In this document: positions 9,246-18,708 of the stretch, piece after piece
How the letters are laid out: each line of letters opens with the position of its first letter
How positions within the stretch are numbered: the stretch's first letter is position 1
Origin: Patescibacteria group bacterium
GTDB lineage: Bacteria > Patescibacteriota > Minisyncoccia > UBA6257 > 2-01-FULL-56-20
Direction of reading: 5' to 3'
NCBI GenBank assembly: GCA_024654525.1
Contig: JANLHI010000032.1
Coordinates: forward strand, 172 to 64,171
Length of the DNA: 64,000 bases
Program-made: the position numbers and the translations under genes
The notes under the pieces: generated by a model
Databases searched by the model: none
What the model saw: the letters and a program-made list of their open reading frames with translations, nothing else
Told to the model about the DNA's origin: nothing

Positions 9246-9641
9246 ATGAAAAATACAAAATTACAAAATTATTTTGAAATGTTTCTGCCGTACTTCCTTT
9301 TCGCCCAAGGAGCGAACGTACTCTATAAGATGATCCCATCGTTATTCACCCACTACCGCGCAGAAGTGATTTTTTTGGTTCCTTGGGGATCAGCAATGAT
9401 TGGCGGGATTCTCGCACTACTCGCAGGAATCGGAATCTTACTCCGAAAGCGATGGGGAATAATATCGTATTTCGTTTTTATCTTGTTTCCAATAGCCATG
9501 ACCTTTTTCGGATTTCGAGCATTCGGCTTTACCCAAAGCCTTTCCTTGCCGATAATTGGAGAGGGTTGGCTCATCATTCTTAATATTATTCTTGCACTTC
9601 TTCTTTCATTTAGTGCATGGAAAAAACGGCCTGGCGTGTAA
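9246..9641 (+). CDS. Hypothetical polytopic membrane protein.
   Basis: 131 aa with about four predicted TM helices and no recognisable motif. Confidence 0.45.
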   Translation: MKNTKLQNYFEMFLPYFLFAQGANVLYKMIPSLFTHYRAEVIFLVPWGSAMIGGILALLAGIGILLRKRWGIISYFVFILFPIAMTFFGFRAFGFTQSLSLPIIGEGWLIILNIILALLLSFSAWKKRPGV

Positions 9642-9682
9642 TAACGCATGCCAAGTCTATAGCGTTTGAGATTAAAATATAA

Positions 9683-9886
9683 ATGGAAATATTCGCATTC
9701 ACGTTAGATGTTATCGGGAAGATTTTGATAGCATATACTGCACTTGCCGTTCATGGTCGCGTACGCACCGAGCAGAAAATTGATGCATCGGTATTCAAAG
9801 CGATGAGATGGGAAAAAGTAATCGGAATTTCCGGAATTATTTTTATAATTCTTGGATACCTTATTCATGTTTCGATAAGGTTTTAA
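9683..9886 (+). CDS. Possible small membrane protein.
   Basis: 67 aa with two hydrophobic segments. Lies immediately upstream of the zwf-gnd start. Weak call. Confidence 0.25.
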   Translation: MEIFAFTLDVIGKILIAYTALAVHGRVRTEQKIDASVFKAMRWEKVIGISGIIFIILGYLIHVSIRF

Positions 9887-9897
9887 GAATTAGAATA

Positions 9898-12285
9898 ATG
9901 GAAACACCTACATCAAAAATCAACACTCCCACTATCTTTGTCATCTTCGGTGTTACCGGAGATCTTGCGGCAAAGAAAATCATCCCTTCCCTGTGGCATC
10001 TTTTCCAACAAAAACGATTACCGGATAAACTTTCCATTATAGGATTTTCCCGTAAAGGGATGGGCAGTGCAGAATTCCATGCTTTATTACGAGAGATACT
10101 CTTGAAGCGTGGCGGAGAAAATACAGACGAAAAAAATATTACTGATTTCTTCAAATTTTTCACATATCACGCAGGAACATTTGAGGATGAAAAGGCGTTT
10201 CATACACTCTCTCAACGCATTGCGGAAACGGAACAGGCGTGGGGAGTATGTACTAATAAACTTTTTTATCTCGCAGTGCCACCCTCATCCTTTTCCCCTA
10301 TTCTTAAAAACCTTGCGACCGCGAAACTCAATATACCTTGTGGGGGAGACCTTGGATGGAGTCGCGTGCTTGTTGAGAAACCTTTCGGGGTAAATTTGCA
10401 AACCGCATCCGAGCTTCAAGCACTTCTCGCATTGTATTTCAAGGAAGAACAAATTTACCGTATAGACCATTACTTCTTCAAAGAAATCGTGCAGGGAATA
10501 AAAAACTTCCGTTTTTCCAATAATCTCTTCGAGAATATATGGGACAACACCACCATTGAACGTATTGATATTCGACTACTCGAATCCGTTGGCGTGGAGG
10601 AGCGCGGGAACTTTTACGATTCGGTGGGAACCCTTCGCGATGTAGGACAAAACCATATTCTTGCCATGCTTGCTGCACTCACTATGGAATATCCGGAAAA
10701 TGCAACCGCTCATTCCATCCAAAAAAGCCGTGCGAATGTTTTAGAATTCCTTGCGCCATGGACAGATACCACACTCCAACAAAACACATATCGCGCTCGC
10801 TATCACGGATATACCGATATTCAAGGAGTCGCCCCAAATTCGGAAGTTGAAACTTACTTTGCACTCGCCACTCACCTCCTTCACTCCCGATGGAAGGGAA
10901 TTCCTATATTTATGGAGGCCGGGAAACGCATGTCTGAAGCACGAAAGGAGATGATACTTACCCTCAAGCATCCAGAGAAATGTTTTCTTTGCGAAACCAC
11001 AAAATCACATGCACCAAACCGTATCGTGTTTCGTCTCGAACCAAACGATGAAATTGTAATTCATTTTTGGACAAAAAAACCCGGTTTCGAACAAATTCTT
11101 GAAGAACGCACATTTTCATTTTTCCTTTATGAGAAAAGGGTGAAGATGCAATATGTCGAGGAATATGCAAATATTCTCCACGCTACCATGGAAGGGAACC
11201 AGGCCTTCTTTATCTCACCCGATGAAATTACGGCATCATGGAAATTTACAGATCCGATTATTGATAACTGGAAAAAAAATATTGTGCCACTTATGGAGTA
11301 CGAGCCCGACACCACTCCCGAAGCGGAAAATCTTCGTGAAAAAAATAACACTGCACACAAAGAAGCGAAGGGGGTGATAGGAATCATTGGACTGGGAAAA
11401 ATGGGAGCAAACCTTGCACGACGACTCCATGAGAAGCAATGGGATGTCGTGGGATTCAATAGAACTTCAGACTCCACTAAAAACCTTGTACGCGAAGGGA
11501 TCATAGGCGCTTACTCGTTGCAAGAGTTTGTAAACGCATTGCCAAGTCCCCGCACAATATGGCTTATGGCTCCCCATCAAGTAGTAGACACAATACTTGC
11601 CAACCTTACTCCTCTACTCCAAGAAAGCGATGTGATACTGGATGGCGGAAATTCTCCCTATAAGAGCTCAATCCAACGAGAGAAAAATCTTTCCCAAAAA
11701 AATATTTCCTTTCTTGATGTCGGCGTCTCGGGAGGTCCCGAAGGAGCAAGAAACGGCGCGTGTCTTATGATAGGAGGTGAAAGAGCACTCTATGAGAAAT
11801 ACGAACCGCTCTTCAGAGATTTATCAGTCGAGAAAGGATACGGTTATATGGGAAAATCCGGTGCGGGACATTTTGTAAAAATGGTCCATAACGGTATTGA
11901 ATACGGCATGATGCAGGCAATCGGTGAAGGATTTGAGGTGATGAAAAAATCCCCGTTTTCTCTTAACCTTCACTCCATCGCAGAACTCTATAATCACGGT
12001 TCAGTAATCACTTCCCGCCTCGTACAATGGCTTGCCAACGCATATGAAAAATTCAGCGATGAATTGGATACTGATGAGTGTTGCTCGGGAAAAGTCTCTC
12101 ATAGCGGCGAGGGGCAATGGACCGTGGATGCCGCAAAAGAATTTGGTGTGCCGGTTGCCATCATCGAAGGCGCGCTTGAATTCAGGAAACAATCACAAGA
12201 GAATCCTTCCTATACCGGAAAAGTCGTATCGGCATTGCGCCATGAGTTTGGCGGGCACGATACGAGTGACACCACATCACACTAG
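9898..12285 (+). CDS. zwf-gnd: Fusion of glucose-6-phosphate 1-dehydrogenase (N-terminal, about 480 aa) with a short-form 6-phosphogluconate dehydrogenase (C-terminal, about 300 aa, YqeC/GndL type).
   Basis: N-terminal part: IFGVTGDLAAKKIIPSLWHL (NADP site), EKPFG, YRIDHYFFKE, QNHILAMLAALTME. C-terminal part from about 11371: IGIIGLGKMGANLARRL Rossmann fold, DVGVSGGPEGARNGACLMIGG, GKSGAGHFVKMVHNGIEYGMMQAIGEG. Single uninterrupted frame. ATG at 9898 (METPTSK). Confidence 0.85.
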   Translation: METPTSKINTPTIFVIFGVTGDLAAKKIIPSLWHLFQQKRLPDKLSIIGFSRKGMGSAEFHALLREILLKRGGENTDEKNITDFFKFFTYHAGTFEDEKAFHTLSQRIAETEQAWGVCTNKLFYLAVPPSSFSPILKNLATAKLNIPCGGDLGWSRVLVEKPFGVNLQTASELQALLALYFKEEQIYRIDHYFFKEIVQGIKNFRFSNNLFENIWDNTTIERIDIRLLESVGVEERGNFYDSVGTLRDVGQNHILAMLAALTMEYPENATAHSIQKSRANVLEFLAPWTDTTLQQNTYRARYHGYTDIQGVAPNSEVETYFALATHLLHSRWKGIPIFMEAGKRMSEARKEMILTLKHPEKCFLCETTKSHAPNRIVFRLEPNDEIVIHFWTKKPGFEQILEERTFSFFLYEKRVKMQYVEEYANILHATMEGNQAFFISPDEITASWKFTDPIIDNWKKNIVPLMEYEPDTTPEAENLREKNNTAHKEAKGVIGIIGLGKMGANLARRLHEKQWDVVGFNRTSDSTKNLVREGIIGAYSLQEFVNALPSPRTIWLMAPHQVVDTILANLTPLLQESDVILDGGNSPYKSSIQREKNLSQKNISFLDVGVSGGPEGARNGACLMIGGERALYEKYEPLFRDLSVEKGYGYMGKSGAGHFVKMVHNGIEYGMMQAIGEGFEVMKKSPFSLNLHSIAELYNHGSVITSRLVQWLANAYEKFSDELDTDECCSGKVSHSGEGQWTVDAAKEFGVPVAIIEGALEFRKQSQENPSYTGKVVSALRHEFGGHDTSDTTSH

Positions 12286-12297
12286 ACCTACATAAAG

Positions 12298-13068
12298 ATG
12301 AAGCTTATTTCCCTCAACACATGGGGTGGCAAAGCATATGCGCCACTCATGCAGTTTATAAAAGAGCACGCCCCGACCACGGATATATTTTGCTTTCAGG
12401 AAATACTTTCCTCACCGGCACCGCAACGCGAGAGTCATGGAGCGCGCACGAATCTTTATGGTGAATTGGCGGAAGTCTTACCAAATTTCCAAAAATTCTT
12501 TACCGCGGAACAGAGCGGATACGACCTCGACGAACCCGTCGACTTCCCCATCTCCTATGGACAAGCTACGTTTATAAAAAACTCCGTTCACGTTCTCTCT
12601 ACCGAGGAAGTGTTCGTGTACCGCGACCGCAACAGTGCCCTCGATGTCAAAACATTTCCCGCAAGCATCCTCTGCACGCGAATCGCGCAAGAAGAGAAAA
12701 CCTATTCCATTATGAACATGCACGGCATAGCGCATCCGGAACACCACGACACCCCCGATAGACTGATGCAATCCGAGAAAATTCTGCGCTTTCTCGAAAA
12801 GGAAGAGGGAATCAAACTCCTCTGCGGAGACTTTAACCTCCGCCCCGAAACACTAAGCCTCGCATTGATTGAAAAAACCTTGCTTAATCTGAACAAAAAA
12901 TTCAACATACCACAAACCCGTAGCATTCTCTCGCCGTACTTTGGCAAGAAAAATTTCGACCCAACTGTGGACTATATCCTCGTCTCCCCCGAAGTAGAAA
13001 CCGAACAACTTGAAGTGCCCGATGTACAAATCTCCGATCATTTGCCTCTTATCCTCGAATTCAGTTAA
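12298..13068 (+). CDS. Endonuclease/exonuclease/phosphatase (EEP) family protein.
   Basis: 256 aa. MKLISLNTWGG..., CFQEI, LCGDFN and C-terminal SDHLPLILEF are typical EEP catalytic motifs. Confidence 0.75.
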   Translation: MKLISLNTWGGKAYAPLMQFIKEHAPTTDIFCFQEILSSPAPQRESHGARTNLYGELAEVLPNFQKFFTAEQSGYDLDEPVDFPISYGQATFIKNSVHVLSTEEVFVYRDRNSALDVKTFPASILCTRIAQEEKTYSIMNMHGIAHPEHHDTPDRLMQSEKILRFLEKEEGIKLLCGDFNLRPETLSLALIEKTLLNLNKKFNIPQTRSILSPYFGKKNFDPTVDYILVSPEVETEQLEVPDVQISDHLPLILEFS

Positions 13069-13141
13069 TATAGTGGCACACGCGCTTAGGGTCGACGTTG
13101 CAGTCGGCCTCCCAACTTGAAAACGTCGGGACTCAGCCAAT

Positions 13142-13408
13142 ATGAAAGGGTTTGTATATATCCTAGAATCTCTGCATGATAAAAGATTTTATATTGGAAG
13201 TACCTCTAATCTTTCGGAAAGAGTAAAACATCATCAAGGTGGGTTTACTCCAAGTACTCACAGAATGGGAGAAATCGCGCTTGTATTTTCCCAAGAATTC
13301 CCTACGCTTGAAGAAGCTCTTAAAATAGAGCAGAAACTTAAGCGTTTAAAAAGACGAGATTATATTGAGAAAATAATCCGAGAAGGAAAGATTAAAATGC
13401 GCGCTTAG
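13142..13408 (+). CDS. GIY-YIG nuclease-family small protein.
   Basis: 88 aa. GFVYILESLHDKRFYIGSTSNLSERVKHH matches GIY-YIG. Its stop (TAG 13406-13408) overlaps the 5' end of tRNA-Val. Confidence 0.7.
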   Translation: MKGFVYILESLHDKRFYIGSTSNLSERVKHHQGGFTPSTHRMGEIALVFSQEFPTLEEALKIEQKLKRLKRRDYIEKIIREGKIKMRA

Positions 13409-13470
13409 CTCAGTGGTAGAGCGACTCGTTTACACCGAGTAGGCCGGGGGTTCGATCCCCTCAGCGCGCA
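13399..13470 (+). tRNA. tRNA-Val (anticodon TAC), CCA not encoded.
   Basis: Acceptor gcgcgct/agcgcgc, D-arm tagctcagtggtagagc, anticodon stem actcg/cgagt with loop TTTACAC, T-arm ggggg-ttcgatc-ccctc. Confidence 0.85.
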
Positions 13471-13471
13471 C

Positions 13472-14155
13472 ATGGAACTTAAAGACAAGGTGATAGTAAT
13501 CACAGGAGGAAGTAGTGGACTTGGAGAAGTAATGGCGCAAGCCTTCATAAAAGAAGGCTCAAAAATGGTCATAAGTTCACGCTCGGAAAAAAAATTAAAA
13601 GAAGTCTCCCAAAAGATAAAGGTGGAATCTTTCGTTGCGGATGTAACGGACGAAAAACAAGTAAATAACCTGAGAGATTTTGCCGTTCAGAAGTTTGGGC
13701 GAATTGATATTTGGATCAATAACGCCGGAATCTGGATACCGTACAGACCCATAGAACAAATGGATTCCCGAAGAGTTCATGCGATGTTTGAAGTAAATGT
13801 GTTCGGAGCCATGTACGGCTCGAAGACCGCACTCATCCAAATGCGCGCACAGCACTCCGGAACAATAATGAACATTCTTTCTACGAGCGCCCTGGAGGGA
13901 CGGCTGAACTCTTCGGGGTATAGTGCAAGTAAATTTGCGGCAAACGGATTCACCAAATCACTGCGTCTTGAAGCGAAACCGGATGGTATATCGGTTATAG
14001 CGGTTTTTCCCGGCGGGATGAAAACTCATTTCTTCGACGAGAAAAAACCCGCGGACTTTGACGCGTTTATGGACCCGACTTTCGTGGCGGAAAAAATCAT
14101 AGAAAATCTCAAATACTCCGCCCCCGAAGAAGAACTCGTTATTAAGAGAAAGTAG
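13472..14155 (+). CDS. Short-chain dehydrogenase/reductase (SDR) family oxidoreductase.
   Basis: 227 aa. TGGSSGLG cofactor motif, NNAG, YSASKFA catalytic Tyr/Lys. Start ATG is 2 nt after tRNA-Val. Confidence 0.85.
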   Translation: MELKDKVIVITGGSSGLGEVMAQAFIKEGSKMVISSRSEKKLKEVSQKIKVESFVADVTDEKQVNNLRDFAVQKFGRIDIWINNAGIWIPYRPIEQMDSRRVHAMFEVNVFGAMYGSKTALIQMRAQHSGTIMNILSTSALEGRLNSSGYSASKFAANGFTKSLRLEAKPDGISVIAVFPGGMKTHFFDEKKPADFDAFMDPTFVAEKIIENLKYSAPEEELVIKRK

Positions 14156-14182
14156 TTCTCTTAATAAAAAGAAGTTGGAATC

Positions 14183-14743
14183 CTACTTTATTACGTTTAA
14201 AAAATTGTGGAATACCTCACTACCACACGTTTTCTCCACAAACATTTCAGGGTGAAACTGCACCCCATATATCGGACGTGTTTTGTGCTTGATAGCCTCT
14301 ACTCCGTCTTTAGAACGCGCCAATACCATCAAATCCTCGGCTGGTTCTTTTACAACCCAGCGATGGCTTTCAAAAACCTGGAAGTTCTGGATATTCAAAA
14401 ATAATTCATCCGGCACGACTACTTGAATATCAAGAATACCACGCTCTTTATTTTGCATAAGTTCAAGTTTCGCTCCAAACGCACGCGCAACCACCTCAAA
14501 ACCAAAACAAATTCCAAAAATAGGCTTTTTAGAATCTATAACAAGGCTTATTTCCTTTTGAAGCCGTTCTTCATTCCCACTCACAGGAAAACCATGCCCA
14601 CCAGAAAGAACGACGGCATCAAAATCATCGGCGTCAATAGAATCTATTTCGGAATATTTAATCGCCCGAGAAAGGCTACCAATCAAAAGATTTTCCAGTT
14701 GAGGCAAATAACTTGTACCATTGTCCACTATTAAAACTTTCAT
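14183..14743 (-). CDS. Class I glutamine amidotransferase-like protein, GuaA N-terminal-domain-like.
   Basis: 186 aa. GICFGFE nucleophile-elbow Cys and HPE catalytic His, as expected for GATase1. Confidence 0.7.
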   Translation of the reverse strand: MKVLIVDNGTSYLPQLENLLIGSLSRAIKYSEIDSIDADDFDAVVLSGGHGFPVSGNEERLQKEISLVIDSKKPIFGICFGFEVVARAFGAKLELMQNKERGILDIQVVVPDELFLNIQNFQVFESHRWVVKEPAEDLMVLARSKDGVEAIKHKTRPIYGVQFHPEMFVEKTCGSEVFHNFLNVIK

Positions 14744-14751
14744 AAAAAAAC

Positions 14752-15561
14752 TTAGTTCTCGTTCAACGTATAGAAATTCTCAAAAAGTTTCGCTACAAGA
14801 ATTGGCCCAGTACCTCCCGGTGTGGGTGTATACACTAACTTTTCTGCTTTCTCATCCGTAGAATCAAAATCCCCGAAAATTTTCCCGTCTACAAAATCAT
14901 ATCCAAAATCAATTACCAAGGCATTCTCTTTGAGCATCCTTCCAGTAAATAACTTTGCCTTCCCTACACCGGAAATCACTACATCACAATTTTTGAGTAT
15001 GGAAAAATCCGTCCCACGCCCCAATACATACAACTCGCTCACTTTCCGCATAAGCCACACCGCAATGGGTTTCCCCACCAAAATTCCCGCACCTATCACG
15101 GCGATTTTTTTACCTTTTAGTTCGAATATGGTGCGAGAAAGGATTTCCTCAACGGTTGCCACCGCAGGATGCAATACTTTTGCGCGGTTGTTGTAGTGCG
15201 CACCGAGCGTTCGCTCGCTTAAACAGTCGGGGTCTTTTTCCGGTGGAATCGCGTTCACGATATAGGTGGCGTTCAACGGCTCCGGTATCGGCAATTGTAC
15301 AATCGCACCGCCGCATGTTTTCCCCGAGGCTATTTTCCCCACTTCCTCCCGCAACGCATCATTCCCCAACCTCGAGTCGAGTTTGTAAATACGATAGTCA
15401 ATTCCCAATCCTTTCGCGGTACTCTGCTTTAGTTTCTGAAAACTCTCGGACGCAGGATCATCACCAATCAAAACTCCCGCGAAGAACTTCTTCGGCTTCG
15501 GTTTTTCTTTGAGCCGCGCAAGAATTTCCGCGCTTATTTTTTTGCCGTCAATGACAACCAT
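14752..15561 (-). CDS. folD: Bifunctional methylenetetrahydrofolate dehydrogenase/cyclohydrolase.
   Basis: MVVIDGKKISAEI..., LIGDDPASESF, LPIPEP, VIGAGILVGKPIA, PTPGGTGP. Start taken at MVVIDG; the listed ORF extends to 15603. Confidence 0.9.
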   Translation of the reverse strand: MVVIDGKKISAEILARLKEKPKPKKFFAGVLIGDDPASESFQKLKQSTAKGLGIDYRIYKLDSRLGNDALREEVGKIASGKTCGGAIVQLPIPEPLNATYIVNAIPPEKDPDCLSERTLGAHYNNRAKVLHPAVATVEEILSRTIFELKGKKIAVIGAGILVGKPIAVWLMRKVSELYVLGRGTDFSILKNCDVVISGVGKAKLFTGRMLKENALVIDFGYDFVDGKIFGDFDSTDEKAEKLVYTPTPGGTGPILVAKLFENFYTLNEN

Positions 15562-15639
15562 AACAAGTAGAATGTAGTATGTAGAATGTAGAAAAAAATA
15601 CAAGTATACACACCGAGCCCCGTTTCTCTCTACTATACT

Positions 15640-16968
15640 CTATGCATCAATCCCCGGTACCGGAAATTTGCTCGCAAGTGCATTTACCCGCTCACGGATT
15701 TTTTTCACCACCTCATTCTCCTCAAGCGCTTTTGTAAAGTCTTTTACTGCCTGCGAACGCTTTTCCTTTTCCTCTGGAAGAGGCACATTCGCAAATGTTT
15801 TCACAATTTCTGCAATCCATGTCCCGATAACTTCCATTTCCTTTTCCTTCATGCCGCGCGTGGTGAGCGCCGGAGTTCCCAAGCGAATCCCCGAGGGATA
15901 AAAGGGAACCGAGGGGTCATTTGGCACCGTGGTAAAATTTACATTAATTTCTGCCGCTTCAAGCGCCTTTGTTACAAACACTCCTCGACCCGGTCCGAAA
16001 GGACGCAAATCGATAAGCATAAGATGCGTTTCGGTACCGCCCGACACCAACTTCAACCCTTGTGAGAGAAGCGTCTGTGCAAGCACTGAAGCATTTTTAA
16101 CCACTTGTGCCGCATACTCTTTAAACTCCGGTCTTAATGCTTCCCCCAATGTCACCGCAACCCCGGCAATTGTGTGTTCGTGCGGACCTCCCTGCATGCC
16201 GGGGAATACCGCCTTATCAATTTTCTCTCTGAACTCTTCCTTACAAAAAATCATCGCGCCTCGGGGCCCGCGAAGCGTCTTATGCGTCGTCGTGGTCACT
16301 ACATCAGCAAAAGGAAATGGCGAAGGGTGTGATCCTCCGATTACCAGTCCTGAAATATGAGAAATATCCGCCATGGAAATAGCGCCAACGGATTTTGCAA
16401 TCGCCGCCATTTTTTCGAAATCCACCTTGCGCGGATAAGCGGTAAATCCCGAAAGAATAAGCTGTGGTTTACACTCCTCTGCAAGCTTTTGGATCGCCTC
16501 ATAATCCAGAACTTCCGTTTCCGCGTTCAAGGGGTAAAACACAAAGGAAAACAACTTTCCTGAAGCGTTTACCGGCGACCCATGGGTGAGGTGTCCGCCC
16601 TGATCAAGCCGGAGAGACATGATGGTATCCCCCGGTTTTAAGAGTCCGAGATATACCGCAAGATTTGCGGGACTCCCCGAGTAAGGTTGCACATTTACAT
16701 GATATCCTTCCGCTCCGAAAGCCTTAATCGCACGAGTCTGACACAAACGTTCCACCTCATCTATATGAATATTCCCGCTATAGTAGCGTCGCCCAGGATA
16801 CCCTTCGGCATATTTATCGTTCAAGATACTCCCCGCCGCTTCAAGCGATGCGGCGGACGCATAGTTCTCCGAAGGAATCATCTCAAGTCCTTCTTTTTGC
16901 CTCTTTTTTTCCCGCTCTATAATAGCGTCAACCTCCGGATCTTGAGAGCTCAACGAGTGTTTGATCAT
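15640..16968 (-). CDS. glyA: Serine hydroxymethyltransferase.
   Basis: 442 aa. EMIPSENYAS, QPYSGSPANLAVY, TTTTHKTLRGPRG (PLP Lys) are conserved throughout. Confidence 0.95.
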   Translation of the reverse strand: MIKHSLSSQDPEVDAIIEREKKRQKEGLEMIPSENYASAASLEAAGSILNDKYAEGYPGRRYYSGNIHIDEVERLCQTRAIKAFGAEGYHVNVQPYSGSPANLAVYLGLLKPGDTIMSLRLDQGGHLTHGSPVNASGKLFSFVFYPLNAETEVLDYEAIQKLAEECKPQLILSGFTAYPRKVDFEKMAAIAKSVGAISMADISHISGLVIGGSHPSPFPFADVVTTTTHKTLRGPRGAMIFCKEEFREKIDKAVFPGMQGGPHEHTIAGVAVTLGEALRPEFKEYAAQVVKNASVLAQTLLSQGLKLVSGGTETHLMLIDLRPFGPGRGVFVTKALEAAEINVNFTTVPNDPSVPFYPSGIRLGTPALTTRGMKEKEMEVIGTWIAEIVKTFANVPLPEEKEKRSQAVKDFTKALEENEVVKKIRERVNALASKFPVPGIDA

Positions 16969-17024
16969 GCCTGTAGCATATCAAGACATTGCGCGATTTC
17001 CAAGCCCGCGATAGAATTATTTCC

Positions 17025-17618
17025 ATGATTTTATCCGACAGAGATATTAAGAAAAATCTTGAATCTGGCAGAATAACCGTAGATCCTCTTTTCCCTGATT
17101 CCATCCAGCCGGCATCGGTGGATTTACACCTCGGTCCCGACTTTTTGTTCTTTATTACCGATGAACATGTATGTATTGATCTCAAAGAACCGATAGATTA
17201 TATGATGAAAAGCGTGACGATTGACGAGACCAAACAATTCATCCTTCACCCGGGTCAGTTCGCCCTCGGCATGACCTACGAAGTTGTCGGCGTCGCAAAT
17301 GACATGGTGGGACGCCTTGAAGGGAAATCTTCTCTCGGGCGCGTAGGATTAATTATTCACGCCACTGCAGGATATATTGATCCGGGAAATAAGTTAAAGA
17401 TAACTCTCGAACTTCACAACATTTCAAGTTTGCCAATCAAACTGTATTATAAAATGCCCATTGCGCAGATTTCTTTTTCCCCCCTTTCTTCCGAAGCGGA
17501 TGCGCCCTACGGCAACAAAACACTGGATAGTAAATATTATGGAGCCATGAAACCTCAGGCAAGCCAGTATTGGAAAAATTTCAAAAATAAAAACTCGTGG
17601 TTGCATTTCGGCGAATGA
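17025..17618 (+). CDS. dcd: dCTP deaminase.
   Basis: MILSDRDIKKNL..., ASVDLHLG, GLIIHATAGYIDPG. Start at ATG 17025. The listed ORF begins at TTG 16989. Confidence 0.85.
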   Translation: MILSDRDIKKNLESGRITVDPLFPDSIQPASVDLHLGPDFLFFITDEHVCIDLKEPIDYMMKSVTIDETKQFILHPGQFALGMTYEVVGVANDMVGRLEGKSSLGRVGLIIHATAGYIDPGNKLKITLELHNISSLPIKLYYKMPIAQISFSPLSSEADAPYGNKTLDSKYYGAMKPQASQYWKNFKNKNSWLHFGE

Positions 17619-18040
17619 AAATAAGAATCTCTCGCATTGATAAAGATTTACCATTGCCTGAATATAAAACCGAGGGGGCGGTGGCGTTCGACTTCTACTC
17701 TCGGACAGACATATCACTGGCACCACACGAGAAAAAAATAGCACCTTCCAATTTTATTATTGAAGTGCCAAAGGGACACGCACTCATTGTCGCGGCGCGC
17801 TCCGGGACCCCAAAAAAAGGGATAATGCTTGCGAATAATATCGGCATCATCGATGAGGATTATCACGGGCCCGAAGATGAAATCGGAATTTGGGTGTGGA
17901 ACATGACGGATGCACCAATTGAAATAACGCGTGGCGACAGAATCGCACAAGGTCTTATTGTGCCTATCATCCGCGCTGAATGGGAAGAAGTGGCGCAAAT
18001 AAAAGAATCCTCACGAGGAGGATTTGGGACTACGGGATAA
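17615..18040 (+). CDS. dut: dUTP diphosphatase.
   Basis: MKIRISRIDKDLPLPEYKTEGAVAFD, ARSGTPKKG, GIIDEDYHG, RGGFGTTG. ATG overlaps the dcd stop in ATGA. Confidence 0.9.
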   Translation: MKIRISRIDKDLPLPEYKTEGAVAFDFYSRTDISLAPHEKKIAPSNFIIEVPKGHALIVAARSGTPKKGIMLANNIGIIDEDYHGPEDEIGIWVWNMTDAPIEITRGDRIAQGLIVPIIRAEWEEVAQIKESSRGGFGTTG

Positions 18041-18048
18041 AGACTAGG

Positions 18049-18498
18049 CTATTCCCCTGTACTATAAAATTTTCCATCGCGGTACCGTGCGAGTACTCGT
18101 TCACTGCAAAAGAAAATCGGGGATGGTAAATTATCCAAAGAAAACCAACACCATTCGGTAATTTCGTCGGGCTCTCGCACTTCCGGCTCACCGGAACTGT
18201 TTTCACACAGAAGCCCAATGGTGACGAAATGCGCATCGCTCACTCTGTCGTTCGCCACGCTTATTACCTTCGTGTCTTCCTTCTTTGCCATAATTCCCGT
18301 TTCTTCTTCAAGCTCCCGCACTGCCGCATCTTCAAAACTTTCTCCAAAATCAACTTTGCCACCGGGCATCGTCCACGTACCCTCGCCATGCAACTCCGAA
18401 TCAGCAGTATTGGGATTTTCACTCCTACGTCCCAAAAGAACCTTTCCCTCCCGAAGAATCATGACCCCCACCCCTACGCCGATTTTTAGCTTATCCAT
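18049..18498 (-). CDS. NUDIX hydrolase.
   Basis: 149 aa. Nudix box GGKVDFGESFEDAAVRELEEETGI. The start codon abuts the 3' end of tRNA-His. Confidence 0.8.
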   Translation of the reverse strand: MDKLKIGVGVGVMILREGKVLLGRRSENPNTADSELHGEGTWTMPGGKVDFGESFEDAAVRELEEETGIMAKKEDTKVISVANDRVSDAHFVTIGLLCENSSGEPEVREPDEITEWCWFSLDNLPSPIFFCSERVLARYRDGKFYSTGE

Positions 18499-18572
18499 GG
18501 GGTGCCCAACGGGATTCGAACCCGTGATGAGAGTTCCACAAACTCTAGTGTTGCCGCTACACTATGGGCACC
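18498..18572 (-). tRNA. tRNA-His (anticodon GTG) with encoded G-1 and CCA.
   Basis: The reverse complement gGTGCCCAtagtgtagcggcaacactAGAGTttGTGgaACTCTcatcaCGGGTTCGAATCCCGtTGGGCACcCCA folds. G-1 pairs with C73. Confidence 0.85.
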
Positions 18573-18708
18573 ATGCGCAGACCAGTGTAGATAACTTTTG
18601 AATTATTCGCAACTCCGCTTGTTTTTAAGCTATTTTTTCTTTATGCTTATCATGTTTCTCTACAATTAAATTTGTGTCTATACGGCACACATCATAATAA
18701 ATAATCAT

